This document shows, piece by piece, positions 42,901 through 53,400 of a DNA stretch of 64,000 nt. Below the pieces are notes generated by a model. The model had not been told where the DNA came from. It saw only the letters and a list, made by a program, of their open reading frames with translations, and made no database searches. The position numbers were made by a program, and so were the translations under genes. Origin of the DNA: Paragordius varius (Eukaryota > Animalia > Nematomorpha); contig OZ176054.1 of the NCBI GenBank assembly GCA_964247055.1, forward strand, positions 13,268,001 to 13,332,000. The letters are read 5' to 3'. The number at the start of each line of letters is the position of its first letter. Position 1 is the first letter of the stretch.

Positions 42901-44069
42901 AATCTCTTTTGTTACCAATATAACATCTCTATTTATACTTTGTTTAAAACAGCGAGTTATTTTAAACATTTAAAAATGAACGGGCTTTTGAAAAAATTGT
43001 CCTTATATTTTAGCGTTTTGTTTGCTAAAAAACGGCTGTTTAAAAGTTGAAACTAGATTATTGCAATAAAAATTGAAATTGTACGGACAAAACGTAAAAA
43101 AGACAAATATTTTTATCTAAAAGAAAACCATAGTTTATCAAACCTAAATCAATCCAAGTAAAATACTTAATAACAAGCCTAAAATATATAATTGATTATG
43201 TTACCAATATACATCTATATTTTATACTTTGGAAAAAAATAATGAGTTAAATTTAAATTAATCAAGATTTAAAAAGTATGGTTGTCTTTTAGAAAAAATA
43301 TTTGTCTTTATATTTTTACGTTTTGTCCGTATAAAATCAATTTTTACTGTACATTAAATTTGGGTCAAAAACATAGCTTTAAACCGGTTTTTATAATGTG
43401 CCTATTTTAAGCTTCATATATTCCAAAATATGCTAATATCATTTTCTGTTTAAAACCATAATTTAAATTGTCTTTTTGGCATCTAACCGGTTCGCATCTA
43501 GATATTATTGCATTCCGTAAAAATTCCTGAATAATTTGACTGAGATGAATGGTATGTAAAATTTTTCAGGTGAGTATAAAACACCCAACGATGAATTTTG
43601 CTATATTATAATATCGTTGGGGTCATTTTATAATAATTACTTAAAATGACTTTAAATAACCATATAAGTTAATGATAGAGGTTTTATTGTTTTATAATAA
43701 AATATATTTTAAGATTCAATGACAAACACATCCTTTGATTCCATAAGTTCGCTCGATCCACGGATGGCAAGGTTAATGAAAAGTTTTTCCGATACAATCC
43801 TGACATTTTTTGATGAGGATAGAAATAGCAGTTACCTCAACGAAAATAATATAAACTACAATAATAATGAAGATGGAATGGTAAAGGATTCATTAGAAGT
43901 CCCCAGGCATAAACATTTACAGGCCAGAAAATCTCTTTCCTTTGATAACATGTACTTCTTAAACGATATCCCTGATGAATTTTGTGACAATTCTTATGAT
44001 CTTTACGTGAATGGCGAGGATTGGAGGGATTCAAGCGAAACGCTTTCAACTAAACAATGCACCATATAA
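18958..44069 (+). CDS. FRMPD4: FERM and PDZ domain-containing protein (FRMPD4/Preso-like; WW-WW-PDZ-FERM plus long low-complexity tail); 18 exons, about 1431 aa
   Basis: Exons: 18958-19322, 29944-30060, 32708-32871, 33380-33482, 34576-34627, 35397-35516, 35600-35707, 36101-36232, 36300-36419, 36987-37174, 37614-37824, 38240-38487, 38992-39178, 39706-40305, 40771-40925, 41003-41972, 42283-42382, 43714-44069. Phases are consistent; total 4296 nt. Motifs: LPSQWTAFLTPFGRVYYYN/CQTKETVWCPP (WW1), LPYGWESAVDQIGRQYYINH (WW2), GFGLIAGSEKPVVIRFV...GPSFGKLQAGD (PDZ), KSALLSASKKAKLKHKPSKVRFSE, ILKVFLENGQTKSFKYD and RCLFRVIYAPQDP (FERM). Start codon and low-complexity 3' exons are less certain, and the exact paralogue assignment is uncertain. 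Confidence 0.9.
21117..22110 (+). mobile_element. Decayed, internally deleted mariner transposon (994 bp) in FRMPD intron 1
   Basis: TA|CCAGGTGTAGTCA at the left and TGACTACACCTCC|TA at the right (TIR plus TA TSD). Frameshifted transposase remnants include KIGKWVPYSL (WVPHEL motif) and KSFLHRNVTNDDK (FLxRIVTGDEKW motif). Confidence 0.85.
22199..22347. mobile_element. hAT-like MITE family C (related copies about 14843-14910, 15645-15835, 34909-35095, 38095-38125)
   Basis: CAGTGGT/CAGGGGT start, AAAG(G)GCCAAAAA, GGCCATAAAAAGCA(C/T)TTTT and GCGGCCC/GGCCCGCGG subterminal motifs. The copy at 34909-35095 has CAGTGGTA...TACCACTG TIRs. Confidence 0.6.
26240..27300 (+). mobile_element. Second decayed mariner copy (transposase pseudogene) in FRMPD intron 1
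   Basis: Remnants KLGKWVPENL, FLH*ILTGNE*WLYF, IRDNVSS (HDNARPH position) and RSD* (PSDY position). DNA blocks such as GAAAATTAGCGTCTT, GGTAAATGGGTCCC and AAATCGCTTC are shared with 21117-22110. Termini are uncertain. Confidence 0.75.
28233..29141 (+). CDS. Orphan 302-aa N/K/S-rich ORF in FRMPD intron 1; probable alternative first coding exon (donor after 29095) or nested gene
   Basis: The stop-free frame 28164-29141 (first ATG at 28233) is very unlikely by chance in DNA this AT-rich. Its composition resembles the low-complexity exons of the host gene. A phase-2 donor CCAAG|GTTTAA at 29095 matches the phase-2 acceptor at 29944. No recognised domain. Confidence 0.6.
   Translation: MGNINPKVLDHPYSDYKSINIYSDYTNSNVRIKPRNTKAKRTDINKHLNNSDHDTTSGSFRNNKSTSKIKFTRQQFKSSSFSRKFSSLSSHKQPSRKDKLLWFFGGPPVTTTLTNGVENVPNRLKRNTDSNIINHFQILSTEENYKNSDTNNTKLKNGVLSNMNINMANQQNFSMPKTSRWKKFHTKRKRKFEDDHSINNCKTQKSLTSNGIPNGSPYQNFLTNTPEIPINSSSPKKKFCLNVTSTQNLGHIGHNYAFVDIKSPSLVARKSSKIAFSHIDTQLFKRPRFKLNSKYKGIIFHF
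31720..32012. mobile_element. MITE family A (FRMPD intron 2)
   Basis: CAGTAAAAAGTGAAATTATGCGGACAAAACG ... CGTTTTGTCCGTATATTTCAGTTTTTACTG|TA. Confidence 0.85.
32147..32472. mobile_element. hAT-like MITE with C-rich core (FRMPD intron 2)
   Basis: The right end TTGGGAACCACTG is a typical hAT MITE terminus; the left end CAGCGACTCCTAA is a degenerate match. An 8-bp TSD was not confirmed. Confidence 0.55.
33021..33299. mobile_element. MITE family A (FRMPD intron 3)
   Basis: TA|CAGTAAAAATTGAAATTATACGAAC with the matching inverted end. Confidence 0.85.
33570..33815. mobile_element. Degenerate family B MITE (FRMPD intron 4)
   Basis: TATACCATTTATACTTCAAATTCACC left end; degenerate AGGGTGTAATTGAAT right arm. 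Confidence 0.65.
34080..34343. mobile_element. MITE family A (FRMPD intron 4)
   Basis: AATTGAAATTTTACGGACAAAATG ... GTTTTGTCCGTATAATTTCACTTGTTACTG|TA. Confidence 0.8.
35096..35360. mobile_element. MITE family A with its left end cut by an hAT-like element (FRMPD intron 5)
   Basis: Begins at ACAAAACGTAAAAATATAAAGACAAAT directly after the TACCACTG end of the neighbouring element. Confidence 0.8.
35800..36069. mobile_element. MITE family A (FRMPD intron 7)
   Basis: Both TIRs present; ends about 30 nt upstream of the acceptor at 36100. Confidence 0.85.
36550..36955. mobile_element. Two adjacent family A MITEs (internally deleted 36550-36662, full 36670-36955) in FRMPD intron 9
   Basis: Two right TIRs, each followed by CTGTAATATTGG. 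Confidence 0.8.
37233..37574. mobile_element. MITE family B (FRMPD intron 10)
   Basis: TATACCATTTACAGTTCAAATTCACC ... GGTGAATTTGAACTGTAAATGGTATA; about 5 tandem CAAATTCACCCTCGAACAATT-like units in the left arm. Confidence 0.9.
38690..38978. mobile_element. MITE family A (FRMPD intron 12)
   Basis: TA|CAGTAAAAATGGAAATTATACGGACAAAACG; the right TIR ends about 12 nt before the acceptor AG at 38990-38991. Confidence 0.8.
42002..42243. mobile_element. Degenerate family A MITE (FRMPD intron 16)
   Basis: CAATAGAAATTGAAATT ... TTTGTCTTTATGTTTTTAC...TAATTTCAATTTTTAC. Confidence 0.7.
42520..43349. mobile_element. Nested composite: family A MITE (about 42520-43040) carrying a family B MITE (about 42593-42870), followed by an intact family A copy (43064-43349)
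   Basis: Family A left arm (GGACAAAACG...CCATACTTTTT) is interrupted by TATACCATTTACAGTT...TGTAAATGGCATA, then family A sequence resumes. Confidence 0.75.
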
Positions 44070-44699
44070 TATTTAATATAGTATAATTGAAGCAAATATA
44101 TTTGTGAAAGTTTACATAAACATACATAATGCATTTTAAAAATAATGGATTCCGAGTGAAATATAATGAAATTATTAAAGCAATAGTCCTTTTTAATGTC
44201 TATTACTTTTTGTACATATTGTCTCATTTAAATAAATAAATTTATAATCAACTAGCCTAAATAGCCTTAAAAAAATATTGTTGACGGGTTTAAAGGTATA
44301 AAGGCCCCAAGCACACCAAATTTAAACATATTTATTCAGCAATGATCTTACTATAAAAAAACATAAGCAATTATTGGGTGAAACGTGCAAAAAAGCTTTA
44401 TTTTTAACATCGGGTATATAAATAATAAAAAAGACATCTAATTTTTGTCCTTATGGAGTAAAGAGGTTTGGCTTACACACATTTGTAAAATACCTATATA
44501 ATGCATAACCTGTGCAGTTGATCCCTTTAATGACTTTTGTCCATTTTGTAATGCCGTAATATAAAAAACCCTACGTTGTCGTATGCAAAGTGCCTATCTC
44601 ACCAATTCCTAATTAGGCCTGATCATTAAATATTTTCTTAGACCTAACTATGATTTCAAATATAGTTTAGATAACATTAGAAGAATGTTTCCTAGCTTC

Positions 44700-46570
44700 A
44701 AAAAACAACATTTGGAGTTCATATCATTAATAATACCACCCTAGGCAAGCTATTATAATAAATCAAATCGCAGGCTATGGCAAAATTATACTGATATAAT
44801 GTTGATATAATCTAACCCTACCCATAACCCTATTATGTTTGGTGTGAAGGCCCCAAATTGACGGCTACGGGAAAAACCGCTATACTATAATTTTTACCTT
44901 TTATGGGTAATATTTAAATTTATTTCGTATGTCTTCTTAAGTTATTCGAAAATTTGCTCCAAACCCACGCCATTTTTGTATGGCGTCTCAGAAAAACAGT
45001 AGACCCCTACCCATAGACCTATATGGAAAAAGCGCTGAGGTAAATTCTTTGCCTTTATAGGGCGAATATTTGGAATCAGCTTTGATACCATCGTCTCATG
45101 GGTTATTCGAAAAAACACATCAACGCTAAATAACCGTTATAAGATGGCGTATTTGTAAGGCATAACCCCAAATTAACGGCAAATAAAGAAAACCAGATTT
45201 TAATTTTTACCTAGGTACGGATAAATTTCATTAGCTCCAAAACAACGCAATTTTCATATAGTGGATCAGCTTTTGGTGAGTAGCTCATTACCCAGACACA
45301 GGTATAAAAAAATGTTGTTTTTGCCTTTTGGGGAATATCTAAAATTATCATGGATTCCATATGATCCCAGAGGTTCTTGAAAATATTGCTTCAAAACTAA
45401 AAAAAATGTTCTATGGCGGCGCATTTATCAGGGCCTAAAACTTTACTTAGCGACTCATTAAAATAACCCCGTATACTAAAATATTTGTTTTTTAGGGCGT
45501 AATAAATATTTTAGGCCCTTATTGAACTCACATAGTCCTGAAATTTGGCTCCAAAGGCATGCTGTATGGATATGGTTACGCAGTTTTACTCGGGTAGCCC
45601 CCTAACCAGGGGCGAAACAAAAACACGCTAGATTAAAATTTTGCCTTAATTCGGTTAATATCTGGAATCATGATTGATCCATATGCTCTCTTGGGATTTT
45701 CGAATTGTCCGCAAAAAGTCATTCTATGATGGTGCATTTTTCAGGGCAAAGGCCAAATTAAGGGGTAATTTAAAATAACTGTACTTAAATTTTTGCCTTT
45801 TTACGGGTAATATTTCAAGCCCTGAGCTGATATTTTGAAAAATTCGCCGGCAAAGTCACGCTGTATCGATATGGTGGCGTAGTTGTAAGGGGTAGCCCCC
45901 TACCCAGAGGCCAAATAAAAAAGACGTTCGATAAAAAATTTTACCTTTTGACGGAGAATATACTAAGATCTGGATTGATTCCAAATGTTCTCATTAGTTT
46001 TTGAAAAAATTGCCTCAGAACTAAAAAAATCATTCTATGATAGCTCATTTTTCAGGGCAAGGGCCTAATTAAGAGGTAATTTATAAAACTTACGGGTAGT
46101 ATATTAATTAAACTTATATGGCCTGATAAGTTTTTCTGAAAATTAATTCTTAAACAAGCAATTTCGATATGGTGGCGGAGGTTTAGGCGGGTTCCCCACC
46201 CAAAGACTGATACAAAAAAAGCTTGATTAAAATTTTTGCCTTTTTACGGAGAATGCCTGTTATGATTGATTCCATAAGCTCTCATTAGTTTTTGGAAAAA
46301 TGGCCTCAAAATTTAGAAATCATTCTAAGCTGGCGCATCTTTCAGGGAGTAAAGGGCCTAATTAAAGGCTAATTTTAAAAAGCCTCACAACCTAAATTTT
46401 TGCCCTGTTACGGTTAATATTTTAAGCAGCTATCGAACTCATATGGCCTGATAAGCTTTCTGAAATTTAGCCACAAAGGTACGCTATTTCGATATGATTA
46501 GGCAGTTTTTAGCGGGTATCTTCTTACCCAGCAGCTAATATAAAAAAATCACGACTAAAATTTTTGCCTT
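44700..46570. repeat. Diverged tandem array: about 150-bp monomers in about 300-bp dimers (about 6 dimers)
   Basis: The GGGTAGCCCCCTACCCAG-like motif recurs near 45000, 45285, 45595, 45893, 46190 and 46512. The TTTTGCCTTTTACGG-like motif recurs about every 150 bp (about 44890, 45045, 45200, 45320, 45490, 45640, 45790, 45938, 46233, 46397, 46560). Confidence 0.85.
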
Positions 46571-46910
46571 GAAAAATGAGAGCCGATTATGTTCGGCACA
46601 ATCGGTAAAAAAATCATATTTAAAATCGAATGGTTCAACATCCGGAAAATTGTCTCAAAGACACGATTTTTGTGGACTTCTGTTTTCAAAAAAAACCCTT
46701 TTTTACGGAGTGGGCCCGAAATGACCTAATTCAAAAAAAAAGGCGAAGCTATAGTCGGGGAATTCATTACTGATTATATTTTTTTGACATTTGCATTTAA
46801 ATGGTTCTACCGTTCCGGAAACAGATCACAAAGTCAGCATTTTCCATTTTAAAAAATTTATAGATTATTTACGATAGTATCCATTTACACTTGATTCACG
46901 GAAATTTTTG
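44700..46910 (-). mobile_element. Second copy of the Helitron family with an expanded internal tandem array
   Basis: 46580-46910 is the reverse complement of about 6335-6690 (e.g. GTCTCAAAGACACGATTTTTGTGGACTTCTGTTTT). 46505-46570 matches 6840-6910. The 3' terminus was not clearly located. Confidence 0.7.
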
Positions 46911-47444
46911 GGTTCATCCTCGAACATTTCTAAACTTTTGAACATAAATTCTTTAAAAATAACATATTTCCCCTAAAAACAAATCACGTTTACATATATT
47001 TAAATTTACGCTATTTCTAATATTTTTAAAAGTTAAACTTTGTTAAAGCATGCACAAAAAAATAATAAACTATCTACATACCAATAAGTTAGCCCAAACA
47101 CATAATTTATTTTTGGGGTCAATTTGAAACATGAGCGAAATTGAGGTGTAAACGCTAGGTATACTTACTTTCAAAGAAGCAGTATTAAGGAGCACAATGA
47201 ATAAAACTCTAAATTTATTTAATATATATTTATAATTGTTTATCTATTTATATACATGCATGATGAAATCAGAATTCGGAATCACATAATTTTAGAAAAA
47301 ATATAAACATTTAATATCATGTGTAAAATATGATTGCATCTGTGTGGCATATCTATCTGATTTTTGCGAAATAATGGATTATCTCCAAATCACGCCCTTT
47401 GTTTAATTAGTGTGTTGCCGATATTAACTTTTTTTTGGAAAAAG

Positions 47445-50400
47445 TCAGGACGCTGTGGTAACTAGGGATTTGCAAACCCCTTTAAGGCAATATTTACGTG
47501 TTAGGATTGATGTGTTATCTTCACAAACTGCTCCATTAGGGAACCAACCAACTCCTTGAATTATATTCCCATTTCTTAAGCAATATATCATGCACGGATT
47601 ATATGATATACCACTGGTATTGTATATGCTTGGATTTTCTAGGTTTGCAAAGAAATATGTATAAAAAAATCTTAAATGTTGGAGAAAACATCGCGCTTAT
47701 TTGTCCTTGCTGTAAATTATAGTTTTTACGGTAACGGTAACACCAAATACCCAGTATAAATAGAAATAGACAAAAATATCTTAATTAAATATATTATAGG
47801 AAAACGTATAAAAATTATCATATTGCTTTTGGGCGTTACTAATAATTTGGAATATACACTCTTTTGTAGTAGGTGCTCCATATCAGTAAATGGCAAAATT
47901 TGCGCACATTTTGTTAAATCAAATATTTTTGAAAAATCTTAATGCTTCATTCCAAAAATGTCACTAAATATATCGTAAACTACATATAAAAAGAAAAACA
48001 ATATTTTTAAAAATTTTAGTTGTAACTCCGAAAGTCCCAAATTTTTGTAACCTTCGGAAATGCGCGAATTCTTTTAGTAAGCATAAATTTTGAATATATG
48101 CAAAATTTGGACATTAAAAAATTTTCCGAAAAAATGGATATTTTACTTAAAAATATAATTTGCAATTGGTGAAGCAAGCTCGTTTTAAGTTATTTTGAAG
48201 AATTTGAAAACGCTATAAAATAAAAGTATTTCCTAAACCCCTTTTATATAAAATTGAATTTGCTAAATCACCTCAAAACTTAATTTAAGGTATTTTCGTC
48301 TACGAATTTGGGATATTAAAGGCAATAAATAGGACAAACTAATCTTTAAATCAAAATTCTAAGGTGATAGGAATGTTTAGCATCATTTTATATAAAAAAA
48401 GTCAATTTATAATATCTTTAGCGCTTTTATACCGTTTTCATAATGCCTCAAAGAAGTATGAATGCGCTTAAACTATTAAATTTTTGAAAGTATTCAAAAA
48501 TATTTTAATGCTATAAAACCTCGGAAAATTTCCCCTTTTAGAGAAGGGCGATTGAGTTCGGAGCCCCTTATAAAATTTTATTATATAAAAATATTTTTTT
48601 GCTTTTATATAGCATATCATCAATTTAATGATATTATTGGAATGAAGCATTTAGCTTCTAAAATTTTATTAATCCTAACTACGCTAATTTTGCGATTTTT
48701 CTAAGCAATAACCACAAAAGTGTAAATAACTTTCTTTGCCTAAAATTAAAAGCACCATAAAAGTCCTGATACCGTTATCTATCAGAATATATACTTCATA
48801 GGATTTTTGAATGCACTGTATATATAAGTATGTATATATATATATATTATATAAATTTAAAAACTAACCTGGTATAAATGCCTTGAAAGTCGGAGATAAT
48901 TGGCGACAAATATTGTTTGCGTATTCGGCATTTGTCAGGAATTGGGAACATTTATTGTAATTGGGCTTACAGTAAGCTGAAGTTTGATTAATTCCGTGAC
49001 AAGGGTTACTAGCTGAAGAAAACCTATTTTGAAAATAATTATTAATGCTCATATTTTGTTGAAAATATCAGGGTTCAAAAAAGTTTCCTATCGGGGATGA
49101 CTAATATAAAGAAATGCTTACACATATTTGCAATAACGTTTAACAGGATGCGTTGCAATGCTGTCCTTTAAACAGGATTGCTGACAATTACCTATTGGGA
49201 CCCATTTACTCCATTGGGGGGAAGGTATACTATTTGAATCCATATTTTCATCATACTCAGTTATGGAAGGATATGCATTGAATTTTTTATCGGGTACACA
49301 TTGACCTGATATACACCACTGAAAACAAGAAGATATCAATATATTTATAATAGCAAATACAGTAGATATTAAATTTACAGGGATAAATCGCAATAAAGAC
49401 AATTATTTTTACAGTAAAAAGTGAAATTATACGGAAACACAAAACGTAAAAATATAAAGAATATTTTTTCAAAAGACAACCATACTTTTCAAAACCTTAA
49501 TTTTTGCTATACAAAATATTTAATTACAATCGTAAACTACATAATTGATTGTGCTACCATTTTACATTTCTAATTTATATTTTGCAGTTTAAAACAATCA
49601 GTTATATTTAAAAAAATCAAGATTTAAAAAATATGGTTGTCTTTTAAAAATTTGTCCTTTAAATTTTACATTTTGTCCGTATAATTTCAATTTTAAATAT
49701 ATATATAAAATTTGTTGGTGTAGAAAATATTGCTTACATGGCCATAAGCACAAGTGGTTCCTTCTAAGGCGGGATGTGGACTTTTATATGTTTTATTTTC
49801 CATAACACATATCAATTCTTGACACTAATGAAAAAATATACATAATAAATCTTAGAATCAAACTTCTTTTAGATATTAATAGAGTACAGAATTAAGTGAG
49901 AGGTGTGAAAATTATATGAATTTATATTTGATCCTGGTAAAAAAATGTGTTAATATTTTTATGGTGCTTTGTTTGAAGTTTACAAGTCATTTACGTAAGG
50001 CGTAAAATCGATAACGAAAAGTGGCAAAAATAGCGCAAAATTCAAATATAAGCAAAACCAAAATAATATATTTAAAAAACAAAGCAATATTTATGGCTTG
50101 AATATCGTCTGACTGCTAAAACATACGCAATTTTAGAGATTTTTTATATTAATATATTGAACATATGTTAACATAGTTAACAAGCGCGGTTTTCACAAAA
50201 TACAATTTAAGCCTGATAAAAATAATAAAAACTTTTTCCTTAAACTAATTTCTCTATCCTATTTATTAATAAAAATCGTCTGAATTGAATGTAAATATTA
50301 AATGTGCTTAAATTATAAAATGAAAATTTTTTATTATATTAGCGAATTATTTTTTAGCAAATATTTCAAAATTTCCCGTCCCTTCCAGTTTAATTTAAAA

Positions 50401-53400
50401 AAAATCATACTAATATTGGAGGGTAATATACAAATAATATAATATTTTTATTACTATATTTGGACCAATCTCTGGCAAGGCGTTATCTCCATAAGCTAAT
50501 TTGCATTGCATATCTGCATTGTAAAGCTTTCCTGGGAATTGATGGTTGGTTACATTGAGTGGTATAATTTCGGAAAGATTCTCATATTTGTTGAACAAAC
50601 ATGAATAGTATCTAAATATATACAGTTTAATTATCGCCTTGTGTTGATTTGGTAATTGACAAAATAGAGGTTAGTTCAGGCTTATCACATATCCTGATCT
50701 CTTATTTTATATAAATAATTAAACCTTTAAAAAACAAAAAGATTATATACGGCTACCAATTGTATTATTTTTGATTTTGATTTTTTTATCAATCGTTATG
50801 GGTGGCAAAAAGAAAGAGTTATTTAAATTGCGGACATGACAGTTACATGTTCCACAATGGTGGTTTAATAATATTTTTATTAAAAATTAAGGTATTTTGT
50901 TTTGCGTTTTGTTGTCAATCTAATTTTTATTTTACTGTAAAATGCGAAGTGGCTTACGAATAATTACCTTAAATTCCTTTTAAAATTGTTTCGACTACAT
51001 TCGGACCAAACCTCCTTGTATGGACCCTGAAAATAGGCACTCATGATATGTCGATAAGGGTTGCAATCACCATAATTGTTGTATCCATCATGTTTAATTC
51101 CTAACCTGAATATTTAAATAAGTAAAGGGTAATGTTAAATATAAATATAACGAACAGTATTACTATTGATTATATGGTAAAAAATTGACAAAACAAAATG
51201 TTCTTATTGGTAAATTTTAGAATAAATGTGAATGTCGACAAGAAAAAAGCGAAAATATTGGGTACATATATTTAAAACCCTAGACAGTGGCTGACAATGT
51301 ATTGAATAAAATTAAAAGGAATAGTAATTTACGTATGAGCCATTTCATGAGCAACAATGTAGGAAGTTTTGAAGCCCTCAATGATTGAAATCAAGACGCC
51401 TTTGAGTTCGGAACAAACTGTTTGATTAGCATATCCTATGACTTCGTAAGTGACATTGTCTTTGCGATATATCAATGGTTGGCTAATTGCATAAAAGATA
51501 GTTGTTGTTAGGAGATACAGTATGAACTGAAATTATACGGACAAAACGTGAAATTATAACGACAAATATTTTTTTTAAAAGACAACCATACTTTTTCAAT
51601 CCTTATTTTTCTCATATAAGCTTTTTAATTGCGATTTTTATATAAATTGATTGTGTACCAATTACATATCAATTTTATAAATTGCAATTTTAAACAATGA
51701 GTATATTTAAAAAAATGGACTAAAAAGTACGGTTTTCTTTTAAAAAAATTGTCTTTATATATTTACATATTGTCCGTATATTTCCAATTTTTACTGTATA
51801 TTAGATATATGATATAAGATTTATATACCTGGTTAGCAAAATTGCAACGTCCCAGTATTTGTTTTTGGAAATCAAACTCTTTCTATATTGATACCGATTG
51901 AAATCGTTTATGAGACTCTGAACATTGGCATATGATTTTTTTGGCTATAATTTATTTATAGCAAAATATTAATGATAACTCAAGAGTAAATTAATATGAG
52001 AAATGGGAAATATACCAAATCTTTTTGCATAATTTCCAAGTATGATAATTTTACGGTGATAATGTTCCCAATACTATTGTGTAAATATAAGATTTGAACC
52101 TAAAATACGGCATACAATATAAATAAATTTTTAAAAAAATCAGTAAAAATTCTAATTAAGCGGACAAAACAAACTAAGAGACAAATATTTTTTAAACTAA
52201 GACAACCAAATTTTTTTTACATAAACTGTATAATTCCAATATTGAGATATTTATATCTTCAATCCTTTGTATATTTACAAAACTCAAGGTTTAAAAAACA
52301 TATGGTTGTCTTTTTGGAAAAAAATATCTGTCTTTGAATTTTTACATTTTGTCAGTAAAATTTCGATTTTTGCTGTATACTACAATGGCTAAAAATATTA
52401 CCAAACTCATAATTTCCTTCAAATATTTTTGGAGAATGTCAGTGGCTTTTTCTGCTTTTGAGCTTGCGGACAAAGGTTTCCGAAATTCCTGATAAATTTG
52501 TTGTACCAAATCTGAGGTAAGGAAGACGGCTAAATTCAACGAGATGTTATGGCCACCTCTGTAATCCAAATTTAGCCAGGCCTTAGGATCTACTTTAGGT
52601 TCAGATACTTCGCCTTAGTAAAAAAAATTTAATTATTTTAAGCAAAATGTTAATTGTACTGAGCCAATACCAGCTAAAGCGCTAAGCTAAAATTATGCCT
52701 TTTAACTGGGAATATCTAAAAACACTACTGTTTTGATCTATAAACAATTAACTGAGGTATATATTTAAAAAATTGGCTTGAAGAGAACATTTTGCATTTT
52801 TAAATTATTCCTTTTTAGTACCAAATGTTATTAGGAAGGGATATATATTCCAAAATATATATATATATTTTATTAAAGCGTATAGATTATTTTAACCTTT
52901 TGACAAAAATACATAAATAGTAATATAATACTTGGGCATAAATAGGGTTCTTCCTTGTTTTTTGTGTTTATTTGATTTTTCTGTTTCAACCAGCGTTTTT
53001 GACGTGATTTAACCTCAGGAATTAATAAATGAGGGATTGATATATTAGTTAAAAAGGGAAAGGAGTGTTTCCCATGCCTTAAAAGATTTCTCCCAACCGT
53101 ATGTTTAACCAAAGGATTGATATTGTGTAATTGTCCATCACCAGTTTTGATTATACCAGACTACAATTTACCAAAATATAATTTAAGTAACAATTTGCAA
53201 AATATTTTATACACCTGCTTATATTTAGACTATATTTTTGCAAAAAGAGCTGATAAGGACAAAATGATAAGATCTTAAGGTATTCACTGAAAGAATTTTG
53301 TTATCAAAAATATACCATTTACATTCAAAATCATGCTTGAACAATTCAAAATCACTCTAAATAAATTGCGTGTTTTCGGGCTGGTATAATTCATCATTAA

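Noticed and set aside
44052-44069. FRMPD C-terminus KQCTI as a PDZ-binding or CaaX motif
   Set aside because: Position -2 is Cys (not S/T) and the Cys is not at -3, so neither consensus is met.
44700-46570. 300-bp array as a CRISPR-like or coding repeat
   Set aside because: The whole unit is repeated and diverged with no repeat-spacer alternation, and there is no ORF of 60 aa or more.
50700-50880. Cys/His-rich minus-strand frame NHHCGTCNCH in an ADAMTS intron as an extra exon
   Set aside because: No usable in-frame AG acceptor; flanking exons already join to give the conserved RNL-RYYSCL sequence.
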